This document shows positions 39,265 through 46,276 of a stretch of DNA of 60,520 nt, one piece after another. The first letter of the stretch is position 1, and each line of letters begins with the position of its first letter. Location of the stretch: the IMG/VR virus record IMGVR_UViG_3300044621_001247, positions 1 to 60,520 of that record; one strand, 5' to 3'. The position numbers and the translations under genes are program-made. Below the pieces are notes generated by a model. That model saw only the letters and a list, made by a program, of their open reading frames with translations, made no database searches and was not told where the DNA came from. The stretch is from a virus. Lineage: Duplodnaviria; Caudoviricetes.

Positions 39265-39966
39265 ATGACATTGCCTAGAATAGCGATAGCCAAGTATCCC
39301 ATAACGATCCCCTCCACGAAGAAGGAGACCTACTTCAGACCTTTCCTCGTCAAGGAGCAGAAGATACTCATGATGGCTTCGGAGAGCGGAGACGAGAAGC
39401 AGATTGCCAAGGCTATCGGGGACATAGTGGACAGATGCGTTGACGGGCTGACCAATGTGCATTCCATGCCCATGTTCGACCTGGAGTATCTCTTCCTAAA
39501 CATCCGAGCCAAGTCGGCTGGCGAAGTGGTCAGCCTGAACGCTCCATGCCCCAAGTGCAGCAAGACCCATGGGGTCGAGGTCAAACTGGACGAGATTCAG
39601 GTTGACTTCAAGGACAACAAATCCAACAAGATCATGCTCACGGACAAGATGGGGATAGTGATGAGGTATCCGTGCCTGGGCGATTCCGCCGTCAGCATGA
39701 ACGGGATGAACGCTGAGGATGTGATTGAGTTCGTAGCCGCATCGATAGAGAGCGTGTTCGACGAGGAGATGGTCTACGGCAGGAAGGACTCCACGCAGAA
39801 GGAGATGGTGGAGTTCGTGGAGTCGATGACCACTGAGCAGTTCGAGAAGGTCACGGAGTTCTACCAGAACCTCCCGCAGGTCCGCAAGGAAGTGGACTGC
39901 CGATGCCCGTCGTGCGGAAACGAATACAAGATAGACTTCAGAGGGCTACGCGATTTTTTTACCTGA
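39265..39966 (+). CDS. gp26: Baseplate hub assembly protein
   Basis: MTLPRI..RPFLVKEQKIL...FDLEYLFLNIRAKSAGE, two CxxC, GLRDFF. Confidence 0.92.
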   Translation: MTLPRIAIAKYPITIPSTKKETYFRPFLVKEQKILMMASESGDEKQIAKAIGDIVDRCVDGLTNVHSMPMFDLEYLFLNIRAKSAGEVVSLNAPCPKCSKTHGVEVKLDEIQVDFKDNKSNKIMLTDKMGIVMRYPCLGDSAVSMNGMNAEDVIEFVAASIESVFDEEMVYGRKDSTQKEMVEFVESMTTEQFEKVTEFYQNLPQVRKEVDCRCPSCGNEYKIDFRGLRDFFT

Positions 39967-40148
39967 TGATGTGCCACGAGAACCTGGCAAACCTCTTCAA
40001 GACCAACTTCCTCCTCATGCATGAGCACAAGTATTCGCTCACGGAGTTGGAGGAGATGATTCCTTGGGAACGAGAAGTGTACCTCTCCCTGCTTGTCAAG
40101 CACATACAGGAGGAGAACGAAAGGCTGAAGCAGCAAAGGACAGGCTAG
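39966..40148 (+). CDS. gp51: Baseplate hub assembly catalyst
   Basis: TNFLLMHEHKYSLTELEEMIPWEREVY motif; TGATG overlap with gp26. Confidence 0.88.
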   Translation: MMCHENLANLFKTNFLLMHEHKYSLTELEEMIPWEREVYLSLLVKHIQEENERLKQQRTG

Positions 40149-40149
40149 G

Positions 40150-42141
40150 ATGAAACCAGGCGAAAGAGAAGCCATAAAGTATCAGGCTGAGTCGCTGGGC
40201 AAGATGCTCAGGTTCAACCTTGGAAGCGCGATCCTCACGGGAGGCATCGGTGCTGCCGGTGCGTTAGGTCGCCTTCCTGGCGCAAGGACGATCAGGGAAA
40301 GCCTGGAGATTCGGAAGCGAGAACGCTACTTTCAGTCCGGACGAGACGAGCAGGGCAGGAAACTCACCAAGAGGGAACTACAGGACAGGGAAGCGCAGAG
40401 ATCTGACATGGGCGCGTTGGGATACCTCCGAGAGGTGTTCGAGGATTCGTGGGGATTCAAGGGCAAGGGCGCGGAAAAAGGGGCAGTTCCCGTCAGGTTT
40501 TCCGATGCCGGTATCGACCAACTGAAGGAAGCATTCAGCGAACTCTCCCAGGTTCTGGGGGGAGTCGATGAAAAGGCAGATGCGGCACTTGCGGGGATCG
40601 GCACGATCCGGACTGCTCTGGGCGTATACGGAGGAGAGTCTTCTTCCGATCCGTCTTCCATCACAGCCCCGACACCACCTCCGGTCGCAGACACGGCAGC
40701 GAAGGAAGCGGCGGTTGAGAAGGACCGCGAGGACGACAAGGACGCGGCAACGAAGGAAGCGGCGGTTGAGAAGGAGCGCGAGGACGACAAGGACGCAGCA
40801 GAAGCCGCAGAGAAGCAGGAAGGTCTGTTCGGCAAGTTGATAAAGGCAGTCAAGGACAGCAAGGAAGAAGGAGGAGGGCTGTTTGGACTGATAGCAACGG
40901 CTATCGGCGGGTTTGCATCGATGGTGGCAGGAAAGTTCGGATTGCTGCTGGGCAAGATAGCACCGATACTGACCATACTCGGCAAGATCGCGGGATTCTT
41001 CGGATTGAAGGGAATCTCTGGCGCTCTGTCTGGTGCTGCTAAAGGAACCGCGACTAGTGCTGCTAAAGGCACGGCTGCGGGTGCTGCGGGCGCGGCTGAA
41101 GCGGCAAAGAAGCCAGGCATCATGTCGCGCATGGCATCGGGAATAGGACGGGGTGTCAAGGGAATCGGTTCGATGCTTGCCAAGACGGGAATAGGTCAGA
41201 CAGCCATACAGGCTGGTTCTGGTCTGGTCCAGGCTGGCAAGTTCGCAGGAAAAGAGATGCGCTACCTGGGAAACGACATAGCGGGAGCCGCAAAGAGCGC
41301 AGCAAAGCCAGCGGCAGGATGGCTGTCCAGCGCATGGAATGCCACAAAAGGCTTTGGATCCCGTGCCGTGGATGCGGTGGCAAGGTTGAACCCGCTCAAG
41401 TACATCAAGAACCTGGCATCGACTCAAGGACCGAAGTTGCTGAAAGGATTGACATCGGTTCCTGCAATCGGTGCTGCAATCGAAGCGATAATAGGTGCGC
41501 TCGACATAGCGAGCGTCAAGGGGGACGAGACCATGTCTCCCGACGAGAAGAAGACTAGGATAGGGCAAATCGTCGGAAAGACGATAGGAAGCGCACTGGG
41601 CACGGTCGGAGGATCGGTGCTTGGAGGCGCAGTGGGATCGTTGCTGGGTCCAGGACCAGGAACCGCAATCGGGTCCATAGCGGGAGCCATGGGTGGAAGT
41701 TGGCTTGGAGGAACTCTTGGCGAAGCCCTAGCCGATGCGCTTGGACCAAGGGAGATCTACGACATACTGGAGTCCATTCCTGGAATCGGAAGTCTGCTGC
41801 GGGTCGATGATGAGAAAGAGACTGCTCCTATGACGGAGGCATCCAATCCAGTCACAGGATCGGCTGCTTCATCCGTTGGACAAGACTCATCGCAGTCGAT
41901 TCCAAGCCGAGTGGACGCTCAAGTGGTGGATGCAAGACCGACGATGGGATCCAATGCATCTTCCATGATGCAGGAGAACTCCATGCTGAGGACGACCCCT
42001 CAGCCTCAGCCCAAGCCAGCCACGACGAACATTGCAGACAACAGGGTGTCCAACAACGCTACGATGCTTTCGGCTCCGTCAGCCCGCATCGGAGGAGCAA
42101 ACCAGACTGCCACCTTCAACGGACTGATGGCACTCGCATGA
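40150..42141 (+). CDS. Tape-measure-like protein (gp29 position)
   Basis: Ala/Gly-rich helical protein with hydrophobic GxxxG tracts, immediately after gp26/gp51. Confidence 0.65.
   Translation: MKPGEREAIKYQAESLGKMLRFNLGSAILTGGIGAAGALGRLPGARTIRESLEIRKRERYFQSGRDEQGRKLTKRELQDREAQRSDMGALGYLREVFEDSWGFKGKGAEKGAVPVRFSDAGIDQLKEAFSELSQVLGGVDEKADAALAGIGTIRTALGVYGGESSSDPSSITAPTPPPVADTAAKEAAVEKDREDDKDAATKEAAVEKEREDDKDAAEAAEKQEGLFGKLIKAVKDSKEEGGGLFGLIATAIGGFASMVAGKFGLLLGKIAPILTILGKIAGFFGLKGISGALSGAAKGTATSAAKGTAAGAAGAAEAAKKPGIMSRMASGIGRGVKGIGSMLAKTGIGQTAIQAGSGLVQAGKFAGKEMRYLGNDIAGAAKSAAKPAAGWLSSAWNATKGFGSRAVDAVARLNPLKYIKNLASTQGPKLLKGLTSVPAIGAAIEAIIGALDIASVKGDETMSPDEKKTRIGQIVGKTIGSALGTVGGSVLGGAVGSLLGPGPGTAIGSIAGAMGGSWLGGTLGEALADALGPREIYDILESIPGIGSLLRVDDEKETAPMTEASNPVTGSAASSVGQDSSQSIPSRVDAQVVDARPTMGSNASSMMQENSMLRTTPQPQPKPATTNIADNRVSNNATMLSAPSARIGGANQTATFNGLMALA
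40700..40801 (+). repeat. 51-nt tandem duplication (KEAAVEKDREDDKDAA x2)
   Basis: 40700-40750 and 40751-40801 are near-identical. Confidence 0.95.
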
Positions 42142-42529
42142 TGCCTTCCTCCGTAGTGTAGTGGATCTGGTCGAAGACCTTCATGCACCACGGGAGGCAC
42201 TTGGGGCATGGTCTGGACATGCGCATCTCCCCCTTGCGGTTGAACCTGAAGTTCCACAGTTCGATGTCCTCGCGGAGATCGCACCTCAGGAAGGCATCGA
42301 GTTCCGAATGGACTTCGTCGAAGAGGTAGCCGTGCTCGACTGCCATGGGATGTGTCTTGAACCTGTTCGTCCCCCATGCCACGATCCTGTTCTTGTGCAG
42401 GATCAGGCTGCAATGCTTCTTCTTGCGGGGAACATCCATGCACTTCTCGAAGGCAAACCTGAGAAGACGCTGATGTCTTTTGGGAAGTTTGTGACTTCCC
42501 TGTGATACTGAGATACTCAATGGTTCCAT
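42116..42529 (-). CDS. Zn-dependent cytidine/adenosine deaminase-fold protein
   Basis: HSE...SRPCPKC matches HxE/PCxxC; H....L...N.IVA.G.N N-terminal motif. Confidence 0.85.
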   Translation of the reverse strand: MEPLSISVSQGSHKLPKRHQRLLRFAFEKCMDVPRKKKHCSLILHKNRIVAWGTNRFKTHPMAVEHGYLFDEVHSELDAFLRCDLREDIELWNFRFNRKGEMRMSRPCPKCLPWCMKVFDQIHYTTEEGIMRVPSVR

Positions 42530-42697
42530 GATCTAAGTACTGGTATCTCGAGAAGGGGTCTTCTCAATCAGGACACAGTTAGATATGTCGGGCAGAAGAC
42601 GCATCGGGAAATGATTCTGATCGAATCGAAAAGAAAGATTGGATCCCCATCCACCAAAATGATTCTCGTCAAAGTAAGGTTCATTTGACCGAACGGC

Positions 42698-42725
42698 TTG
42701 ACAACCTTTGGGAACACCGTATCTT
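42698..42725 (+). promoter_or_regulatory. Sigma70-type early promoter
   Basis: TTGACA-N16-TATCTT in the divergent intergenic region. Confidence 0.7.
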
Positions 42726-42814
42726 TACTTCAGTTGCGGAACGACACCGACCTAGATACGGAGCCGTCGTTGCCGCGAGGCAGATCATCGAAATCGTGAT
42801 AGAAAGGCATCATC

Positions 42815-43237
42815 ATGCTCAGGATGAATATCGACAGGAAGTTCTGCGCGAGCCTGAAGGTCTTTGAGGAAGGGCTTGGAAAGATCGTCGCGGAAGCCAC
42901 CGATGGCGGATCAGAGGTCATCCACGAAGAGGGATACAAGTACGTCCGCATCGTCCTTGTCAGCAAGGAAGCGGACGGCAGCAGGAAGAAGCAGATCTGG
43001 GGCTTCATCGACAAGCGCACGGGTGACATCTACCGCCCCGCAAGCATGAAGGCTCCAAGCCTCAACTACTCGCGTGGAAACATCCATGACGAGTCGAACG
43101 GGCTTGCCACCGCCCATTGGTCGGGACCGTCCTACATCTGGGAGATCAACGAGCGCAGGAAGGAAGAGAGCGCGGGGCGGCAGGAGGAAGCGGGAGAAGG
43201 AGAGACCGCACAGCCTACGATGGAGTTCCCCCTCTGA
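42815..43237 (+). CDS. Conserved-looking phage hypothetical protein
   Basis: G.KYVRIV...WGFIDK.TGDIY.PAS.KAP....RGNI motif common in T4-like phages. Confidence 0.75.
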   Translation: MLRMNIDRKFCASLKVFEEGLGKIVAEATDGGSEVIHEEGYKYVRIVLVSKEADGSRKKQIWGFIDKRTGDIYRPASMKAPSLNYSRGNIHDESNGLATAHWSGPSYIWEINERRKEESAGRQEEAGEGETAQPTMEFPL

Positions 43238-43521
43238 TGCCGCACTACAGGTTCCACATCGACATTCCGTTCGATCCATCGGATTCGGAGGAGGAGTGCG
43301 TCCGAAAGTCGGAGAAGGTCGTGTCCTTCCTAGAGACGATGACGATGATCGAGAACCTGGGGATAGAGAAGGTCAACTACAGGCTAGGTCACGACGAGGA
43401 CAGGCAGAAGTCCAACTACCTCGACAAGAACGAGAACGGGCATGTGAGCAACAAAAAGTTCACCATCGTCTTCAGCGACGATAACAGGCAGTCGAAAAGA
43501 ATCGTTTCGGACAACCCTTGA
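43237..43521 (+). CDS. Hypothetical protein
   Basis: TGATG-coupled; MPHYRFHIDIP...YRLGHDEDRQKSNYL. Confidence 0.7.
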   Translation: MPHYRFHIDIPFDPSDSEEECVRKSEKVVSFLETMTMIENLGIEKVNYRLGHDEDRQKSNYLDKNENGHVSNKKFTIVFSDDNRQSKRIVSDNP

Positions 43522-43545
43522 CACAGCCGTGGAACTGGCTAGACT
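43518..43545 (+). promoter_or_regulatory. Sigma70-type promoter upstream of tRNA-Ile(UAU)
   Basis: TTGACA-N16-TAGACT. Confidence 0.72.
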
Positions 43546-43561
43546 GATGCAGACAGTCAAT

Positions 43562-43636
43562 GTGCCGTGGGAGGTCTTGGCATCCTCAGCCTGATTTATA
43601 AACAGGTAAGAACAGGTTCGATTCCTGTACGGCATA
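43562..43636 (+). tRNA. tRNA-Ile(TAT), atypical
   Basis: Acceptor GTGCCGT/ACGGCAT, D stem GAGG/CCTC, anticodon arm CCTGA-TTTATAA-ACAGG (A31:A39 mismatch), T arm ACAGG-TTCGATT-CCTGT. Confidence 0.8.
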
Positions 43637-43717
43637 CATCAACAACCGACCGTGCGCCATGTGGATCCACGCACGGTTCGGAGACTACAAGGATCCACTG
43701 ACTATGGAGACATCGAC

Positions 43718-44086
43718 ATGATTAGGTTTGTTACTGACAGCGAAAGAAGCGGCAAGAGCGTGACTGGTCTGCTTGCCCTCCTTTTCGGCATCGGCTTCTT
43801 CTGGTTCACCTTCCTCTCACCTGAGACGGTGAACTCTGCCACGAAGGCAAACTACTGCCTCGTCGCGGCTGCTTTGTCGTTCGCGGGATACCTGTGGTTC
43901 CGCCTTCAGGAGACGAAGGCATGGCTCGAAAGCGAGGAGAAGGGTCGCAACGATGACCGCAAGGAAAACTACAGCAACGAGTCCATCCGTGGTCTGCACG
44001 ACCGCATCGACCGCCTTGAGGAGCGTTCCAAGTGCAAGAACGGCGGCGGGTGCATGGCAGACAACGAAGACACATTCGGATTGTGA
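43718..44086 (+). CDS. Two-TM membrane protein
   Basis: SD GGAG; two hydrophobic helices and a charged C-terminus. Confidence 0.7.
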   Translation: MIRFVTDSERSGKSVTGLLALLFGIGFFWFTFLSPETVNSATKANYCLVAAALSFAGYLWFRLQETKAWLESEEKGRNDDRKENYSNESIRGLHDRIDRLEERSKCKNGGGCMADNEDTFGL

Positions 44087-44098
44087 GTCAAGTCCTGA

Positions 44099-44105
44099 CT
44101 AAATA
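44099..44105 (+). promoter_or_regulatory. Candidate late promoter (CTAAATA) upstream of the tRNA array
   Basis: Close match to T4 TATAAATA. Confidence 0.55.
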
Positions 44106-44178
44106 GGTTCCGTCCACCTACCTGGGGAAACGACAAGGACGGCAGAGGGGAGCGCATTCTGCGATAACGCTCTTTCGT

Positions 44179-44250
44179 GCGGATGTAACTCAGAGGTAGA
44201 GTCTCGGTTTTCCAAACCGATGGTCGTGGGTTCAAATCCCATCGTCCGCT
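44179..44250 (+). tRNA. tRNA-Gly(TCC)
   Basis: TCGGT-TTTCCAA-ACCGA anticodon arm; complete cloverleaf. Confidence 0.95.
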
Positions 44251-44251
44251 T

Positions 44252-44322
44252 TGCGAGTGAGTGAGACGGCAACACACTAGGCTCATAATCTAGGGAAATG
44301 GGTTCGACTCCCATACTCGCTA
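44252..44322 (+). tRNA. tRNA-Met/Ile2(CAT), atypical
   Basis: CTAGG-CTCATAA-TCTAG; T arm ATGGG-TTCGACT-CCCAT; 1:72 mismatch. Confidence 0.85.
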
Positions 44323-44324
44323 TT

Positions 44325-44398
44325 GTGACTGTAGAACAAATGGATAGTTCAGGAGATTGTGATTCTCCCCGTTGCGGGTTCAAGTCCCGCCAGTCACC
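44325..44398 (+). tRNA. tRNA-His(GTG)
   Basis: GGAGA-TTGTGAT-TCTCC; acceptor GTGACTG/CAGTCAC, C73. Confidence 0.93.
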
Positions 44399-44410
44399 CT
44401 CTGTGATAAC

Positions 44411-44481
44411 TGCCCGATTGTGTAATGGTAGCACCCGAGACTCTGATTCTCGTTGTCCTGGTTCGAGTCCAGGTTGGGCAA
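44411..44481 (+). tRNA. tRNA-Gln(CTG)
   Basis: CGAGA-CTCTGAT-TCTCG. Confidence 0.93.
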
Positions 44482-44488
44482 CTTTTCC

Positions 44489-44560
44489 GTGGGGATAACT
44501 CAGTAGGTAGAGTAGCGGACTGAAAATCCGTCAGCGAAGGTTCGATTCCTTCTCCTCACA
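44489..44560 (+). tRNA. tRNA-Phe(GAA)
   Basis: GCGGA-CTGAAAA-TCCGT. Confidence 0.94.
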
Positions 44561-44561
44561 T

Positions 44562-44632
44562 TGGTCTGTAGCACAACGGTAGTGCGCCGTCCTGTTAGGA
44601 CGGGGTTACAGGTTCAAATCCTGTCGGACCAG
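44562..44632 (+). tRNA. tRNA-Asn(GTT)
   Basis: CCGTC-CTGTTAG-GACGG, G73. Confidence 0.93.
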
Positions 44633-44633
44633 T

Positions 44634-44706
44634 TGGACTGTGGCTCAGTAGGCAGAGCATTCCCTTGATAAGGGAGAGGTCGTTGGTTCGATTCCAACCA
44701 GTCCTA
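44634..44706 (+). tRNA. tRNA-Ile(GAT)
   Basis: TTCCC-TTGATAA-GGGAG. Confidence 0.92.
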
Positions 44707-44712
44707 TTCGAC

Positions 44713-44795
44713 TGATCGTTTCCCGAGCAGCAAAGGGGAGAGTCTGTAAAACTCTTGGTCTTCGACCTTCGTAGGTGCAAGTCCTACACGATCAA
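44713..44795 (+). tRNA. tRNA-Tyr(GTA)
   Basis: AGAGT-CTGTAAA-ACTCT, long variable arm GGTC-TTC-GACC, T loop TGCAAGT. Confidence 0.88.
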
Positions 44796-44804
44796 CTTCA
44801 GAGA

Positions 44805-44878
44805 CGGGACATGGCTCAGTTTGGTAGAGCGTTCGCTTTGGGAGCGAGATGTCGCAGGTTCAAATCCTGCTGTCCCGA
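44805..44878 (+). tRNA. tRNA-Pro(TGG)
   Basis: TTCGC-TTTGGGA-GCGAG; CGG...CCGA acceptor. Confidence 0.95.
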
Positions 44879-44888
44879 TTGTGTGTCT

Positions 44889-44960
44889 GCCCTCATAGTA
44901 TAGCGGCTATTACCGTTGATTTGTAATCATCAGACCTCAGTTCGATTCTGAGTGGGGGCT
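44889..44960 (+). tRNA. tRNA-Thr(TGT)
   Basis: GTTGA-TTTGTAA-TCATC; GCC...GGCT acceptor. Confidence 0.92.
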
Positions 44961-44969
44961 TTCAAAAAC

Positions 44970-45101
44970 CTTCCTCTTGCCTGTAATGCGCAAAGGCTCA
45001 AGTAGAGGAGAAAATGGAGAACACCACTCCATTGTGGGTTTCGCGGAAAACGGATTGGGTACTTGCAAAGCCCTACCGAATGTTCCAAGGTTGTCCCACC
45101 A
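44970..45101 (+). ncRNA. Unidentified structured RNA within the tRNA array
   Basis: Three consecutive stem-loops; the last is closed by GTGGG/CCCAC and ends in CCA. Confidence 0.4.
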
Positions 45102-45105
45102 GTTC

Positions 45106-45179
45106 GGTCTAGTAGATTAGTTGGCTAAATCGTTGGACTTTCACTCCAAAGACCGTGGGTTCGACTCCCACCTAGATCA
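45106..45179 (+). tRNA. tRNA-Glu(TTC)
   Basis: TTGGA-CTTTCAC-TCCAA. Confidence 0.93.
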
Positions 45180-45186
45180 TTCTTCC

Positions 45187-45549
45187 ATGCCATGCTATGC
45201 AATCTCCATCCGTGAAGACACGCAGCACCTCCTCAAGGACGGCGGGGGATACCTCTTCTACAGGAAGAAGTCCCTTGCCGTCGAGGTCTGCGATGAGATG
45301 AATGCCCTGCGGAAGGGAATGAAACTGGAGCAGGTCTATTCGGTCTGCAAGGTGGACGAGAAGGATTGGAAGGGATACCCCTTCACATACGACAAGGAGT
45401 TCGATGATGACGGTTCCAGAGGAGATGTTCAACGCTATACGAAACGCACGGCACTTCATGCTGGCACTGATGGATCCAAAGCAGACTCCAAAGGTTCCAA
45501 GAGAAGTCCGAAAGAGGGCAAGGGACAGACTCAGGCACTTCCCTTCTGA
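45187..45549 (+). CDS. Hypothetical protein (start re-called after tRNA-Glu)
   Basis: MPCYAISIRED...; 3' part overlaps the next ORF. Confidence 0.55.
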   Translation: MPCYAISIREDTQHLLKDGGGYLFYRKKSLAVEVCDEMNALRKGMKLEQVYSVCKVDEKDWKGYPFTYDKEFDDDGSRGDVQRYTKRTALHAGTDGSKADSKGSKRSPKEGKGQTQALPF

Positions 45550-45751
45550 GTTCGACATCAGCGAGATGGAAAAGTTCCATGCCCTCAGGGATCAGGATCC
45601 AAACATCCTTTTCGGAGAGTGCATGAAGAGGCTTGACTCCATCCGTGGGGAGATTACCATAGCGGAGCGAAAGTTGAGCGATGTCGGCAACGACATCGTG
45701 ACCGCGATCAGGAACACCAGAGGAGGCAACGATGCCCAACAGCAAGGCTAG
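45404..45751 (+). CDS. Phage hypothetical protein
   Basis: MTVPEE...TPKVPREVRKRARDRLRHFP motif; SD AAGGAG. Confidence 0.72.
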   Translation: MMTVPEEMFNAIRNARHFMLALMDPKQTPKVPREVRKRARDRLRHFPSEFDISEMEKFHALRDQDPNILFGECMKRLDSIRGEITIAERKLSDVGNDIVTAIRNTRGGNDAQQQG

Positions 45752-45998
45752 GAATGTCGCGAGGAAGCACCGCAAGTCCAGGATTCGGTGGAAGAACAAG
45801 AACAAGGCAAGCCTGGCTCTAGCCAAGGACAAGGCATCGAAGCCCAAGAAGAAGGTCTCGGTGTTCGACAGGGCAAGGGCGGCACAGCAGAATGTTCCCC
45901 TGTCGGGGGCAACCCCGTCTGCCGTATCTAACCCGACAGGGGAACGCCGCACCGCTTCGATGATGACTTTCGACGAACTCAAGGCAACTGGAGGCTGA
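45732..45998 (+). CDS. Basic hypothetical protein
   Basis: SD GGAGG; Lys/Arg-rich. Confidence 0.65.
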   Translation: MPNSKARNVARKHRKSRIRWKNKNKASLALAKDKASKPKKKVSVFDRARAAQQNVPLSGATPSAVSNPTGERRTASMMTFDELKATGG

Positions 45999-45999
45999 G

Positions 46000-46269
46000 A
46001 TGGAAAAGACACAGATGGTCGAGTCCCTTCACCGTGGAATCTGCGAGGTGGTGTTCACCAAGGCAGACGGCACGGAGCGCACCATGAAATGCACACGGTC
46101 GCAGAGCCATGCTCCCATTTCCGTTCCCGCATCCAACCTCCTGACTGAGGACGGGTCGGTCGGACCCGATGTCATTCCCGTGTGGGATGTCGAGGCAGGG
46201 CAATGGAGGTCGTTCAACGCGAAGTCGGTGAAGTCCTTCCGCTCCGTTGGTTCGTTGCTGAACGGATGA
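46000..46269 (+). CDS. WYL_2 / Sm-like SH3 beta-barrel protein
   Basis: V.FTKADGTERTM.CT...VWDVE...WRSF motif. Confidence 0.82.
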   Translation: MEKTQMVESLHRGICEVVFTKADGTERTMKCTRSQSHAPISVPASNLLTEDGSVGPDVIPVWDVEAGQWRSFNAKSVKSFRSVGSLLNG

Positions 46270-46276
46270 GCGAGTC

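Noticed and set aside
1-42141. Extracellular contractile injection system or tailocin (suggested by two sheaths and PAAR)
   Set aside because: Terminase, neck, gp2 and gp4 head-completion genes show this is a DNA-packaging phage.
1986-42443. Long antisense ORFs (e.g. 24713-25915, 27147-28139, 40378-41568)
   Set aside because: They are mirror frames of well-supported structural genes in GC-rich DNA, with no motifs or RBS.
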